From assembly GCF_001194135.2 (NCBI RefSeq), contig NC_068983.1, forward strand, positions 65,333,621 to 65,384,656: a DNA stretch of 51,036 nt, in the 5' to 3' direction. A program made the translations under genes and the position numbers. This stretch comes from Octopus bimaculoides (taxonomy: Eukaryota). Below the pieces are notes generated by a model that had not been told where the DNA came from, did no database searches, and worked only from the letters and a program-made list of their open reading frames with translations. This document shows, piece after piece, positions 1-10,062 of this stretch (positions are counted from its first letter, which is position 1; each line of letters starts with the position of its first letter).

Positions 1-62
<62 letters not shown>

Positions 63-116
63 TGTTTGTGTGTGTGTGCTTGTTTGTGTGTGTTTATGTA
101 TGTGTATGTGTGTGTA
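1..116. repeat. (TG)n microsatellite
   Basis: Near-pure TG dinucleotide run from the window start. Confidence 0.98.
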
Positions 117-627
117 TTGCCCTACAGAAAATACAATAATGCGTACAAACATTTTATTTCTTATTGTTCATACTTATATACATTTAGAGAAATTAATGTT
201 TTTTATTCATATTATCATATGACATGACTACTGTTCATGACGCCTAGCTCATTATTGCAAATGACAGTGAAAATTACTTGAATATAAATCTTTAATTTAT
301 CGGTTACATATGTACCTTAATAACCTCTAATCCTAACATTGCACTATGATCTTGGTAACGTAAGTATCCATCGTATGACTCACGGCGCAAATAGCATTAA
401 TGTGTTGTTTTACATGGGCCAAAATTCTTAATATCTGCGTGGATCTATTGTCGAACAAATTTGGTGCTTTTGTGTGTAAAGAATTTCAAGAAACTTATTT
501 TAAGCAGTTTTATTTTTATCCTTTATTTAATTTCACTGTGTCTCTATGAAATGTTTCCTTTTCGGTGTGTCTTTGTTTTAAAATTTCAAGAAAGCTCAAA
601 CGGCCCAAAATGCTTTCCTCTCTTATT

Positions 628-730
628 GTGCTCAAACGTTACTTCAAGTGCTTCGCAGCATTTTCTCGGTAGTTATGTTCTGAATTTCAAATTCCGCCGA
701 AGTCGATTTTGCACGTTCACTTTTCGTGGG
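628..730 (+). mobile_element. tRNA-derived SINE, family 1 (degenerate, partial)
   Basis: Core ttatgttctgaatttcaaattccgccgaagtcgattttgc contains a B-box-like TTCAAATTCC. It aligns with the copies at 745-906, 40926-41132, 46817-46972 and 49520-49722. Confidence 0.75.
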
Positions 731-744
731 AGAGTGCTAAGTTG

Positions 745-906
745 CTTATATCAACCCAAGTATTCACTTGGTACTTATTTTATCAAGCCCTAATGGGACG
801 AAAGCTAAAGTTGACTTCGGTGGAATTTGAAATCAGAACGTAAAAACGGATGACATGCCGCTAAGCATTTTGCTCGGTTTGGAGAAGATTTTGCCTGCTT
901 GCCGCT
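745..906 (-). mobile_element. tRNA-derived SINE, family 1
   Basis: The reverse complement reads ...gcttagcggcatgtcatccgtttttacgttctgatttcaaattccaccgaagtcaacttt...gataaaataagtacca and matches the other family-1 copies in the window. Resembles the octopus tRNA-derived SINEs (OK/OR types); exact family not assigned. Confidence 0.85.
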
Positions 907-927
907 ATCAGAATAATAATAATGACT

Positions 928-998
<71 letters not shown>
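928..998. repeat. (AGT)n microsatellite
   Basis: Pure AGT run, preceded by a short (AAT)3. Confidence 0.98.
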
Positions 999-999
<1 letters not shown>

Positions 1000-1160
1000 A
1001 TGGAGGAACTGAAACAGTGCCTCGTTGCAAAGAAAGCAAAGATGGTAAGATACGACCAAAGAATGAAGAGCTACCACCAGAATAGGTTATTCAGAGTAGA
1101 TCAGAAGAGATTCTAGAAATAAATAAATGAAGAGTGTACAGATGAAAAGCTGATACCAGA
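998..1160 (+). mobile_element. R4/Dong-clade LINE fragment (region N-terminal to the RT)
   Basis: MEELKQCLVAKKAKMVRYDQRMKSYHQNRLFRVDQKRF matches the R4-clade pre-RT motif E.LKQ...A...K..RY......QN..F..DQK. Confidence 0.75.
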
Positions 1161-1161
1161 T

Positions 1162-1202
<41 letters not shown>
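1162..1202. repeat. (CAT)n microsatellite
   Basis: Pure ATC run. Confidence 0.97.
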
Positions 1203-1470
1203 TTTCATTAGAAATGTTTCTTTCTCTTGCCGAGGGTCCTCCTGAAACAAAATGCGGAAAAAAACGTACCGTATACATCAATAGGCCATTAAAATAAAAG
1301 CACCAGATTGTTCACTTACAGAATCATGTGACAAAGGAAAAGGGAAAGACAGAGAGAAAAAGGAAAAATAAAGAAAAGTAGACAAATAAAATAAAGACGC
1401 GAAGGAAAGTAAATTTACAGCGACAATGCTCTTCTTTGTTGGAGCTCCTGGAGTCTTAAATGCGTAGCGG

Positions 1471-1472
<2 letters not shown>

Positions 1473-1531
<59 letters not shown>
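1473..1531. repeat. (ATT)n microsatellite, probable (TAA)n tail or target of the adjacent minus-strand element
   Basis: Pure ATT run abutting 1532. Confidence 0.95.
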
Positions 1532-1740
1532 GAGTGAGAGAGCAGGGTAAGCCATCAAAGTAACACTGGGGTAAATTATACAAAGCCCAATATACCCACC
1601 ATGACTACCCGTCTGATAAGGGCACACCAGGCACATGCATCACAACCATATGTGCGCGACATGGTGATCTCATATCAAGATAAACATCGCATGACCTCGC
1701 AGGTGGGGCCCAGTTAGAATTTTTTTCAAGTCGAGTAGCC
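1532..1740 (-). mobile_element. Probable LINE 3' UTR ending in (AAT)n, likely R4/Dong family
   Basis: Non-coding, GC-balanced segment ending ...ctgctctctcactc-aataataat on the minus strand, inside the R4 cluster. Recognised as a common octopus repeat; the clade is inferred from context only. Confidence 0.5.
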
Positions 1741-1743
1741 CTG

Positions 1744-1922
1744 CCTTTGCACAGCTTCTAACGTTGGAGATGTACTACAGTACCATGCAAAAGAGTAATG
1801 TCTCGTCTGTTGATGTTCTTAGAGTGGCTCATACCACTACTATGGTTGAGAAGACAATGCTAGCTTGATCATGCCAGCTTGTAAGAATATGGAAATCTTA
1901 TATGTCTCAAGAGCCTTGTGTT
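1744..1922 (-). mobile_element. R4/Dong fragment (mosaic of C-terminal piece and 3' end)
   Basis: 1744-1781 (cctttgcacagcttctaacgttggagatgtactacagt) nearly duplicates the 3' terminus of the element at 2561-2598. There is a WYE-like remnant upstream. Confidence 0.55.
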
Positions 1923-1925
1923 GAC

Positions 1926-1984
1926 AATTATTGTTATTATTATTATTATTATTATTACCATCATCATCATCATCATCATCATCG
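1926..1984. repeat. Compound (ATT)n(CAT)n microsatellite
   Basis: Seen directly in the sequence. Confidence 0.95.
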
Positions 1985-2460
1985 TTATTAAGCTCGTCCT
2001 TATCGCTTGTTTTTAAGCTGCGCATATAAGTGCTTCAGTTTCTTTTTTCAGGTCACTCTACCTCATCCATAGCCACCGGCCCTCTGTATCTGTCTTCTTG
2101 TTCACGTCTCTTGCAAACTGACTGTACATTTTTGTCCTACCACGTTTTTCGCTTTTCTTGTTCGTTTCTTGTTTAAATTTCTCATTCATTACACAATTTA
2201 CAGTTTTGATGACGCTGGCCTTCCTATGTTTCAACAATGGCTCCACCGTATTTTTTATATATCAGCCTAAGCTCTGTTTCGATACAGGCCAGGCAACTGA
2301 TCAAACTTCTTCCACCTTCTCTTCAGGACGAGTACCAGTTATTCTTTACTTGAAAGCAGGCAATAACAAATCACCAAAGGTTTCAAGTACTGATTTCTCC
2401 TGTGACTCAGAGACTATACTCTCCATAGAATGGGAGCTATGCCCAACAATGCTATATTCT
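1985..2460 (-). mobile_element. R4/Dong LINE fragment (post-RT thumb region)
   Basis: Disrupted translation includes ..EGGRSLISC.. and WLWMR*SDLKKETEALICAA*KQAIRT, compared with the R4 consensus WLRKGDLKKETEGLICAAQEQAIRT. Confidence 0.85.
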
Positions 2461-2463
2461 AGA

Positions 2464-2560
2464 TTTTTATTATTAGTATTAGTATTATTATCATTTTTAT
2501 CATCATCATCCTCATCATCATCATCATCATCATCATTATTATTATTATTGTTATTATTAC
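2464..2560. repeat. Compound (ATT)/(CAT) microsatellite
   Basis: Directly abuts the 3' end of the 2561-3150 element. Confidence 0.95.
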
Positions 2561-3150
2561 CTTTGCACAGCTTCTAACGATGGAAATGTACTACAGTGTC
2601 TGCTGTTCACTACCAGTGAACTAACGTAACACCTCTTATTTTTCGAGCAGCTTCCGGAATCTTCGGGGAGGTCCAAGCAGTGCTGTTTTCTGCCGGTGTT
2701 CGACCCTTTTTGCAGCACCTATTTGTTCCACGTACCTCTCGTGATTTTTGCGCACTGCTCCCAGGTCTCCGACAATATTGGTACTACTGCCACTTTTTTC
2801 ATCGACCACAACTGCTTAACTTCCCAACCTAACCTGTTATATTTCACGACATTTCTTTCTTCCTTATAACGTATCTTGTTGTCAGCTGGGCATGCTATAT
2901 CTATGATCCAGCATAGTTTGTTTTCTTTCTGAATTAAGTCTTCCTATTCTCTATCTCATGGTCGCACTGAATCGTAAAATCCGATAGGATCTTGGCATTT
3001 CTATTTTCGACGATGCCTTCGGGTTTGTGGTCATACCAGTTTTTTGCTTTGTCAAGTCAATACTTGTTACAAAGTGTCCACAGATTCTGCAATTATCACT
3101 TTCTGAAGTGTTGTCTATTCTGTATTTTATGTAGTTTCTTGTTGTTTTTG
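2561..3150 (-). mobile_element. R4/Dong LINE 3' fragment: Zn-knuckle remnant, restriction-like endonuclease and 3' end
   Basis: NYIKYRIDNTSESDNCRICG, NWYDHKPEGIVEN, DFTIQCDHEI, CWIIDIACPADN and QKTALLG..R.FRKL, then a short 3' UTR and a (TAA)n tail. Frameshifted. Confidence 0.9.
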
Positions 3151-3174
3151 TTCTTATCTTCTTCCTCTTCTTCA

Positions 3175-3175
<1 letters not shown>

Positions 3176-3261
<86 letters not shown>
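3176..3261. repeat. Compound (ATT)n(AGT)n microsatellite
   Basis: Tail of the 3262-3881 element and 5' flank of the 2561-3150 element. Confidence 0.97.
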
Positions 3262-3881
3262 CATGTGATGAAAACTCAGAGCTTATTTCGCTAGTTATGA
3301 TGGGAAGTGTCAGCTGGCCACAGCCGGCAGCCAAAGGTGACACTTGTTTGCTGGTCATGCTTCAAGTACCCTACGAAGAATTCTTGCAGTTTCAAGCAAT
3401 GATGATTTTTGTAGGTGTTCTTCCTTCACACTTGCATCGATCTTTATCAGCCATGTTGGTAGTTGAGTGCTGATACTTCCAAGTGCACCAATTACTATTG
3501 GTATCACATCTAATCTCTCCGTTGACCACAACCTTCGTATTTCCCACTTTAAATCGACGTAGTTGTTTTTGTTCTTTCCTTCACAGTGAACCTGTTGTCA
3601 CCAGGGCATGCTATGTCGATAATCATACATGTCCTTCAATTTTATTCATCACCACACTGTCCGGTTTCCTATGTCTGGTCCGGTGATCGCATTGGATTAT
3701 TACATCCTACAGAATTTTGCAGTTCTCATTTTCGGTGATTCCTTCTGAGGTTTGTTCATATCACGCCTTTGCTCTCTGTAGGCCTTGATTTCCAGAGCTC
3801 CCAATGGATCATTCTTGCCACATTGTCATGGTGTCATTTATATTCGCGTTGTGCTAATTTCAGGCATTCGCTAACGGTGTA
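3262..3881 (-). mobile_element. R4/Dong LINE 3' fragment (subfamily B), 5'-truncated
   Basis: VSECLKLAQREYK*HHDNVARMIHWEL, IQCDHRTRHRKPD, IIDIACPGDN and VIPIVIGALG..LQKSSLLETARILRRVLEA* (stop at 3355-3357), then a 3' UTR and a trinucleotide tail. Confidence 0.9.
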
Positions 3882-5820
3882 TCATACGACTGGCTCAGGA
3901 TGATGTTCATACCAGTAAGTGTGAGTGCTGATTTTGTAGTGTTTACATATTTGCCAATGCAAATACTCTCCAACCCTATCGTGGCGACTTTTGTATTCGT
4001 TTGGTGTCAGCACGGGAAATCTTGAGAAGAGATGGTCTATTGTTTTGTCAAATGTGTCGCAGAATATGAATGTAGGCTCAGAAGCGTTTTGTGAGCAAGC
4101 TTTGATCTTGTGCCGCCAATATCAAAACTTCAGTCTCTGCATTCAGTCCTGAACTTCGCAGTTACTGATGCGTTGTTACTTGATCTGCTTTAGTATTTCG
4201 ACTTTGTCCATGTAGAGGCTTCTGTCTCTATCACTGCTCAAGTTGTTTTGCCCGTCTGCTTGATCCATTTTGCTTGTTTTGTCGAAGTAGTTTCAGGTTC
4301 TTCAAATATTTCAGGGTTAGTGCCAAGTTCCGTTGCGAATTTGAAAGCTCCCTTGACAGTAGAATATAAATTGTTGCTGCTTTCGTGTTTGAACACGAGG
4401 CGCAGCGTCCAATCCTCTGTACTGGATAAATACATGTTTACTGCCGCTGTGACTGTCTTATAACAGTTCTACCAGCATCATTCCTCTTCTCCCATTACTT
4501 CTATGTAGGTACAGATGATCAACATCTGCTCTTGGGCGGTGCATGTTCTTAGATATTAGTAGTTTTCTTGTCTTCCTATCCAGGCGTTGGTGCTTTGTAA
4601 GATTCCAGTTATGTTAAAACTATATTGGACTACTGGAAATGTTAGGGTGTTAATGGCTTTGATGCGATATTTAGTGTTGAGTTCAGTTTTCAGTATGAGA
4701 TTTATTCCCCTGTAATACTCCTTTCTTACTTTTTCCTTCATAGTAGCATTTGTATACCATCTCCTTCGTTTCTCCCCAGGTATTTGTAATTTTCTTTCGG
4801 GCCAAGATCCTTGATGGATCCATATAAAACACATGGTCTATTGTCGTATTGGAAACTTTGAACCCATACCTAGGGTTATTTAGTTTCTTTGCGAGTGGCA
4901 TCAGTGCGATGCAAAAGCGTAATAGGGAGAGGCAGTCACCTTGAAAGATACTTCGATTGATGTTGATGTCATTAGTTTCGCCCATCCCATTACTATGGTT
5001 TAGAAGGAGACGTGTTTTCCACTTGGCCATGCTACCTTGTAAGAATTCGTAGATAACAGGAGATACCTTGTATATCTCAACGGCATTGAGTATTGAATTA
5101 TGTGGGACGCTATCAATCGCTTTCCTGTATTCTACCCATGCCATACTCAGGTTCTACTTATTGCTCCGGCAGTTCTCTATAATCATATTACTTATGACGC
5201 AATCATATTACTTATCAGTAATTAGTCTTTGCACCCACTAGAATTCCTTATACAACCTTTTTGAACTTGTTGAAGGATAGACATCTGTTCAAAGAAAGCG
5301 TATATTGTGTCAATTAATATGGATTTGAGGCTCTCGTAGGTGGTGTTGAGACATATTACTGGTCCGTAGTTTTTTTGCATGTTTTCCTTCTTCAGTTTTT
5401 GGTAGAAAGTATGTGTTGTTCCTTTGATTAGCCAGGCAGGTATTTGCTCTGGGTTCTGGAGGACATTAGTCAGATATGAAATTTTGGTGTATTTCCGTCA
5501 AACAATTTAACCAGAAGTTAGGAATTCGGTACAGTCCTGGGGTTTTCCATTTGTGAGATATCCTAAGAACACATATTAGCTCTTCTATATCTACTGCCTC
5601 CTATTTCTGATCTTTAATTCATCCAATTTCACTTTCTCGTGCTCTATCTAGTCAGCTTTAGCACTATATTCTTTGTTGTTATTCCATATCTTTTTCCAGA
5701 ACTCTTCCATTCTCTCAGTCTTAAGTAGCTCCTTTTACTTCTATTTTACTTTTGCCAATTTCCCTATAAGATTTCTTGGCATCCGTCTCGAATATCTTGT
5801 TTTGTTAGTAAAACTTGATT
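3882..5820 (-). mobile_element. R4/Dong LINE (subfamily A), decayed reverse transcriptase
   Basis: QNKIFETDAKK, NWKTPG..IPNFWL, PAWLIKGTT..KNYGPVICL, MAWVEYRKAIDSVPH (RT), SIFQGDCLS, HVFYMD, AINTLTFPVVQYSF, ETEVLILAAQDQSL, EYKSRHDRVGEYLHW and YWYEHHPEPV. Many stops and frameshifts. Confidence 0.93.
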
Positions 5821-6207
5821 CTTCTTTTTCTTCTTCTTTTNNNNNNNNNNNNNNNNNNNNNNNNNNNNNNNNNNNNNNNNNNNNNNNNNNNNNNNNNNNN
5901 NNNNNNNNNNNNNNNNNNNNNNNNNNNNNNNNNNNNNNNNNNNNNNNNNNNNNNNNNNNNNNNNNNNNNNNNNNNNNNNNNNNNNNNNNNNNNNNNNNNN
6001 NNNNNNNNNNNNNNNNNNNNNNNNNNNNNNNNNNNNNNNNNNNNNNNNNNNNNNNNNNNNNNNNNNNNNNNNNNNNNNNNNNNNNNNNNNNNNNNNNNNN
6101 NNNNNNNNNCTTCTTCTTCTTCTTCTTCTTCTTCTTCTTCTTCTTCTTCTTCTTCTTCTTCTTCTTCTTCTTCTTCTTCTTCTTCTTCTTCTTCTTCTTC
6201 TTCTTCT
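5820..6207. repeat. (TTC)n microsatellite spanning an assembly gap
   Basis: TTC runs on both sides of the N-run 5841-6109. Confidence 0.93.
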
Positions 6208-6950
6208 ACTATCTGATTGTGATTCTTTCAGGGATTAGTATTTGCATTTCGAGAATTTTCAGTGATTTCCTAATTTAACTGAACAAATTAACTTTTATTT
6301 CATTCAAGAACTCATAATTTGAAACGAATATTCAAGTTTGTCACCACAAAGCCGGTTGAAATCTGTGCCAAAGAAAACCACATCTAGTCGACTACTCTAT
6401 TAATCTTGATAAAATAACCAAAATAACGAATATTTTTAGTTGATGATTACTGACGGATTGCTTATTTCTAAAGCACTAACTTCCAGTAATGTCGATGAGT
6501 TAATGCTTATATAGCTTCTGGATGTTAAAAGAAGATGAAATACCTAACAGGTAATAAATACATTTTATATCATTCCAGAAACGAGCTAGCTAGAAGTGTC
6601 TGGATGCATAGCACACGTCTCGGTGGTTTGGCAAGCAATCTAGTGAGCTAATGCAGAAGAGAAGGAATTTGATCTTCTGTGACTTGATCTGCGACGTGCT
6701 TAGGGATTATTTTCACTCAAGAGATCCAACAGGTTCTTGAGAAGCATCATTCCCCAGAGAAAATCTAAGAAATATTGTAAACGTATTTCGACTGGATAGA
6801 GCAGATACTTGGGAGTGTAAACCAGACATTCCAGAATGAAAAACAACACAAAATGATGTAAGATCAGATACTGGACTCCACTCACTTTCATCATTATAAA
6901 CTATTATGATTCAATGCACAGTACTATATGAAAGTAAATCGTCGCATCAC

Positions 6951-7020
6951 AGATTTTGGGAAAATATCTGGAGAAGGTCTTTGGGAAAATATCTGGAGGA
7001 GGATTTTGGAAAAATATCTG
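6951..7020. repeat. 25-bp tandem repeat, about 2.7 copies
   Basis: tttgg(g/a)aaaatatctg starts at 6955, 6980 and 7005. Confidence 0.85.
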
Positions 7021-7897
7021 CTTTCGTTCTGAGAAAACGGTTTTCAATGTTGTGGGAGAAAGCGAACCAGAGCTCGAATGGCATGACAAAAATAGCCGGG
7101 AACGGTTCTAACTCGATTTGATAAAGAAAAAAATATGGAAGTGAATTTACTCTACTATGAACGTAATCTTCAAATCTAGTTTGTTACGAGAATGAAGATC
7201 ATAGTTTGGGTCTGACTCACCTTCACTACCCTAGAATTTGCAGTTTCTAATCCATAGAGTAGCACAGAATATAGCAACAAAGAGCTATTAAGACTCATGA
7301 CTTGGATGCATCCCAGTAGAGTATAAGGAGTTATGGGCCAAACGCAGGTTTTGCGAGATTATTTGTGAAGACCTATTGTGCAGTTCTCCCAAGAGTTTCA
7401 TACTACATAGTGTAGGAAGAAAGTCGTCTTCTGCTATAATTATCGAATCTTTCATTTGGGTCACGTTTTTTGTCGACTTCTTTTTTTCCGAAATGCATAT
7501 TCCAACACTGTCTGATAACGGATATAATCATAGGTTTTGTATATAATTAAATTATACTATTAATAAACGTATATGTGATAAATTTTGAAATAACATTCGT
7601 GAAATATAAATTCATATTTTCTGTAAGTTATTTTCTTATGAAACAATCTATCACCTCTTACAATTTGCATTGTGTGTATGCGGCCCCAATGTATTGCAGA
7701 AAAGAAACCACCTCATAAATGTCATTAGATAACAAATTTAAACACAATATAAACAAATTGTCACTGAGATATTTGAGTTAGGCGCTTAAAAACTGAAAAT
7801 CATGTTTGAATATGCAAAATAATGAAAGTACATATGTAACAAAATATAGCAAATTCATTCAATATTTTGATAGACTTATTTTCTTCTGATTTTACAG

Positions 7898-7965
7898 GAT
7901 TACATACATGGATGGATATACAGCTTGGAATTAATGCTTAATTAAAGGATAATATACGGCGTGAG
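7898..7965 (+). other. Candidate 68-nt non-coding exon
   Basis: Strong acceptor ttattttcttctgattttacag and strong donor GAG|gtaaga. All three frames contain stops. Confidence 0.3.
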
Positions 7966-8347
7966 GTAAGAAATATTCTGGCTTTATTGACACCCCTCTG
8001 TTTTAGACGCATTTGACACAGTTTGGCGATCATATTATGCCTATTCTAAAGTGCGTAACGGTTAGAAGTAGACATAAAGCAAACGCACAATTGCACACAC
8101 GCGTGCGCGTGCGCGCGTGTATGTGTGTGTGTATGTGTATGTGGGTGTGTGTGTATGTGTGTGTGTTTGTATGTATGAGTATCTAAAATTGGGTATACAC
8201 CTGGTAATATGACGTTGAAAGCACGTTCAGTATCTTTGGCTACTTAACGTCTTCGACAGTATGGATATAAGTCTCATTGAATTTACTTCAGTAATCCGTC
8301 GAGCATATAATAAATGGGAACAAGAGGAAATGAACACTCTTTATTAA

Positions 8348-8394
8348 TCACAACGATCGTTTCAACCTATCTTGCATCGGTCTCTCGCGTGTGA
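8348..8394 (-). ncRNA. Decayed type I hammerhead ribozyme remnant
   Basis: TCACA-cgcgaga-GACC..GGTT-GAAA-CGATCG-T-TGTGA: stem I, stem II, GAAA and a palindromic stem III are present, but the CUGANGA core is mutated. Confidence 0.45.
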
Positions 8395-9054
8395 AGATTT
8401 TAGAGAAGTGTTTGTGGTGCGTCATTCTGTGCAGATGTGTCCTATCAATTGACTATTCAAAAGTTTACTCGTGAAATAAACTAAGATTCACTTAGCTCGA
8501 ATAAAATTATATTTCATTATTTGCCTGTAGCCGGCTGCGCACATGAGGTATCATTGTTTGGAATGACATGGAATGGAGTGCAGTTCATTTTTAATAGGTA
8601 ATGGACCAACTTATAGTTAATTATAATAAATTAAACACATATATAAGAATTAATTTTTTTTAATTTAAATGTATACTTATCTGAAATATATTCATTGTAT
8701 ACTTATCTATTTTTTTAATAAAAGATGAACAATACTTCATTCCATGTCATTCAAAACCACAATATCCGTTATACGCAACCAGATACAAGCAGGTAACGAA
8801 ATGTATTATAATCGACTAAACTAAGCGAAACCGAGTTTATTGAGCAAGATTACTTTGAAAGTCACCTGATGGAACACGTGTGCACTGAATAGTGCACCAC
8901 AACCACAACCAGTCCAGAATTTAACCCTTGAGAGGCCGACGCAAAGATTGGTCGAGAAGATCATTGTGGTTAATAAAAAATATTGTGAATTCCATTTCCT
9001 CTTTCTTTCATTTGTTACGTGATTGTATATGTATGTGTATATGTACACCTGTCT

Positions 9055-9146
9055 GTGGAATGCTCAACGTACACGTTAATTTCACGAGCAGGCTGTCCCA
9101 TTGATCATGTCAGCTGTGACCCTCGTCTTCATAACCGACGGAGTGC
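9055..9146 (+). mobile_element. Probable short interspersed repeat 3' fragment
   Basis: gtggaatgctcaac..cacgttaatttcacgagcaggctgt..accctcgtc..taaccgacggagtgc recognised from memory as an octopus interspersed repeat. No second copy in the window to confirm it. Confidence 0.35.
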
Positions 9147-9209
9147 TCCTACTTGCCTGTATAGATATATATGTATGTACATACATATATACAAATATAT
9201 ACGCGCATG

Positions 9210-9240
<31 letters not shown>

Positions 9241-10003
9241 CAACCATATTTGACTAGATCGTGCTCACTCAGATGAGGAAACCTTCGGTGTGGAAAGTGC
9301 TTCAAGAAGAAAAAAATCTTCTTATGAAACAATGTGAGTGAAAAAAAATCATGGGATATTAATGATGTTCTTAAAACGTCGGATATATGCGTTTATCTTC
9401 TGTTACTTGAACACCTACGAACACTTAATTCGTTGTTTATGACACACTAAAATCAGCTGTTCTTATGTCTAAAATGAGATCGTATATTTTCTAATGTGCC
9501 CATGTAACCCTCAGACATGCAAAGGCCTTCGCTGCGGGAAACATAATTTTGTTATATGTAATGGTTTATACCAACATTGCATTCATTACTCTTTCATGTA
9601 CCTCTAGCTAATTAATTTGAGCTTGATCAAGGGAGAATTACGTTTTCAATGTAGTGTCAGATACTATCTGTCTCTGGAAGCAGATATAATGGATGTGTTT
9701 AATCACATTGTGCTGTGTATGTAGGCGTATAGAGGGATGAAAATATGAATAGGTGTATTAAATCACGTGCAAGATAAATTTTGATTTATTGACAAAATTT
9801 CCGTGTTGATAGAAGTACGCTTTACGACAATAGCGAGCAACTCTGGACAAAAGTGTAGATTACATTCAAGTATCAAGAATTCATTGATATTGATATGCCA
9901 AGGAAATACGACCGGGATAACTATAGAAAACTGTACAACTGTGTGAACAGTTATATATGTTTCCATGCATGTCATCAACAGAGCTGTGGTGCATACAAAC
10001 CTA

Positions 10004-10062
<59 letters not shown>

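Noticed and set aside
9258-9333. Possible exon (RAHSDEETFGVESASRRKKSSYET) ending at gtgagt
   Set aside because: Weak acceptor, lies right after repeat and microsatellite sequence, and the peptide is unrecognised.
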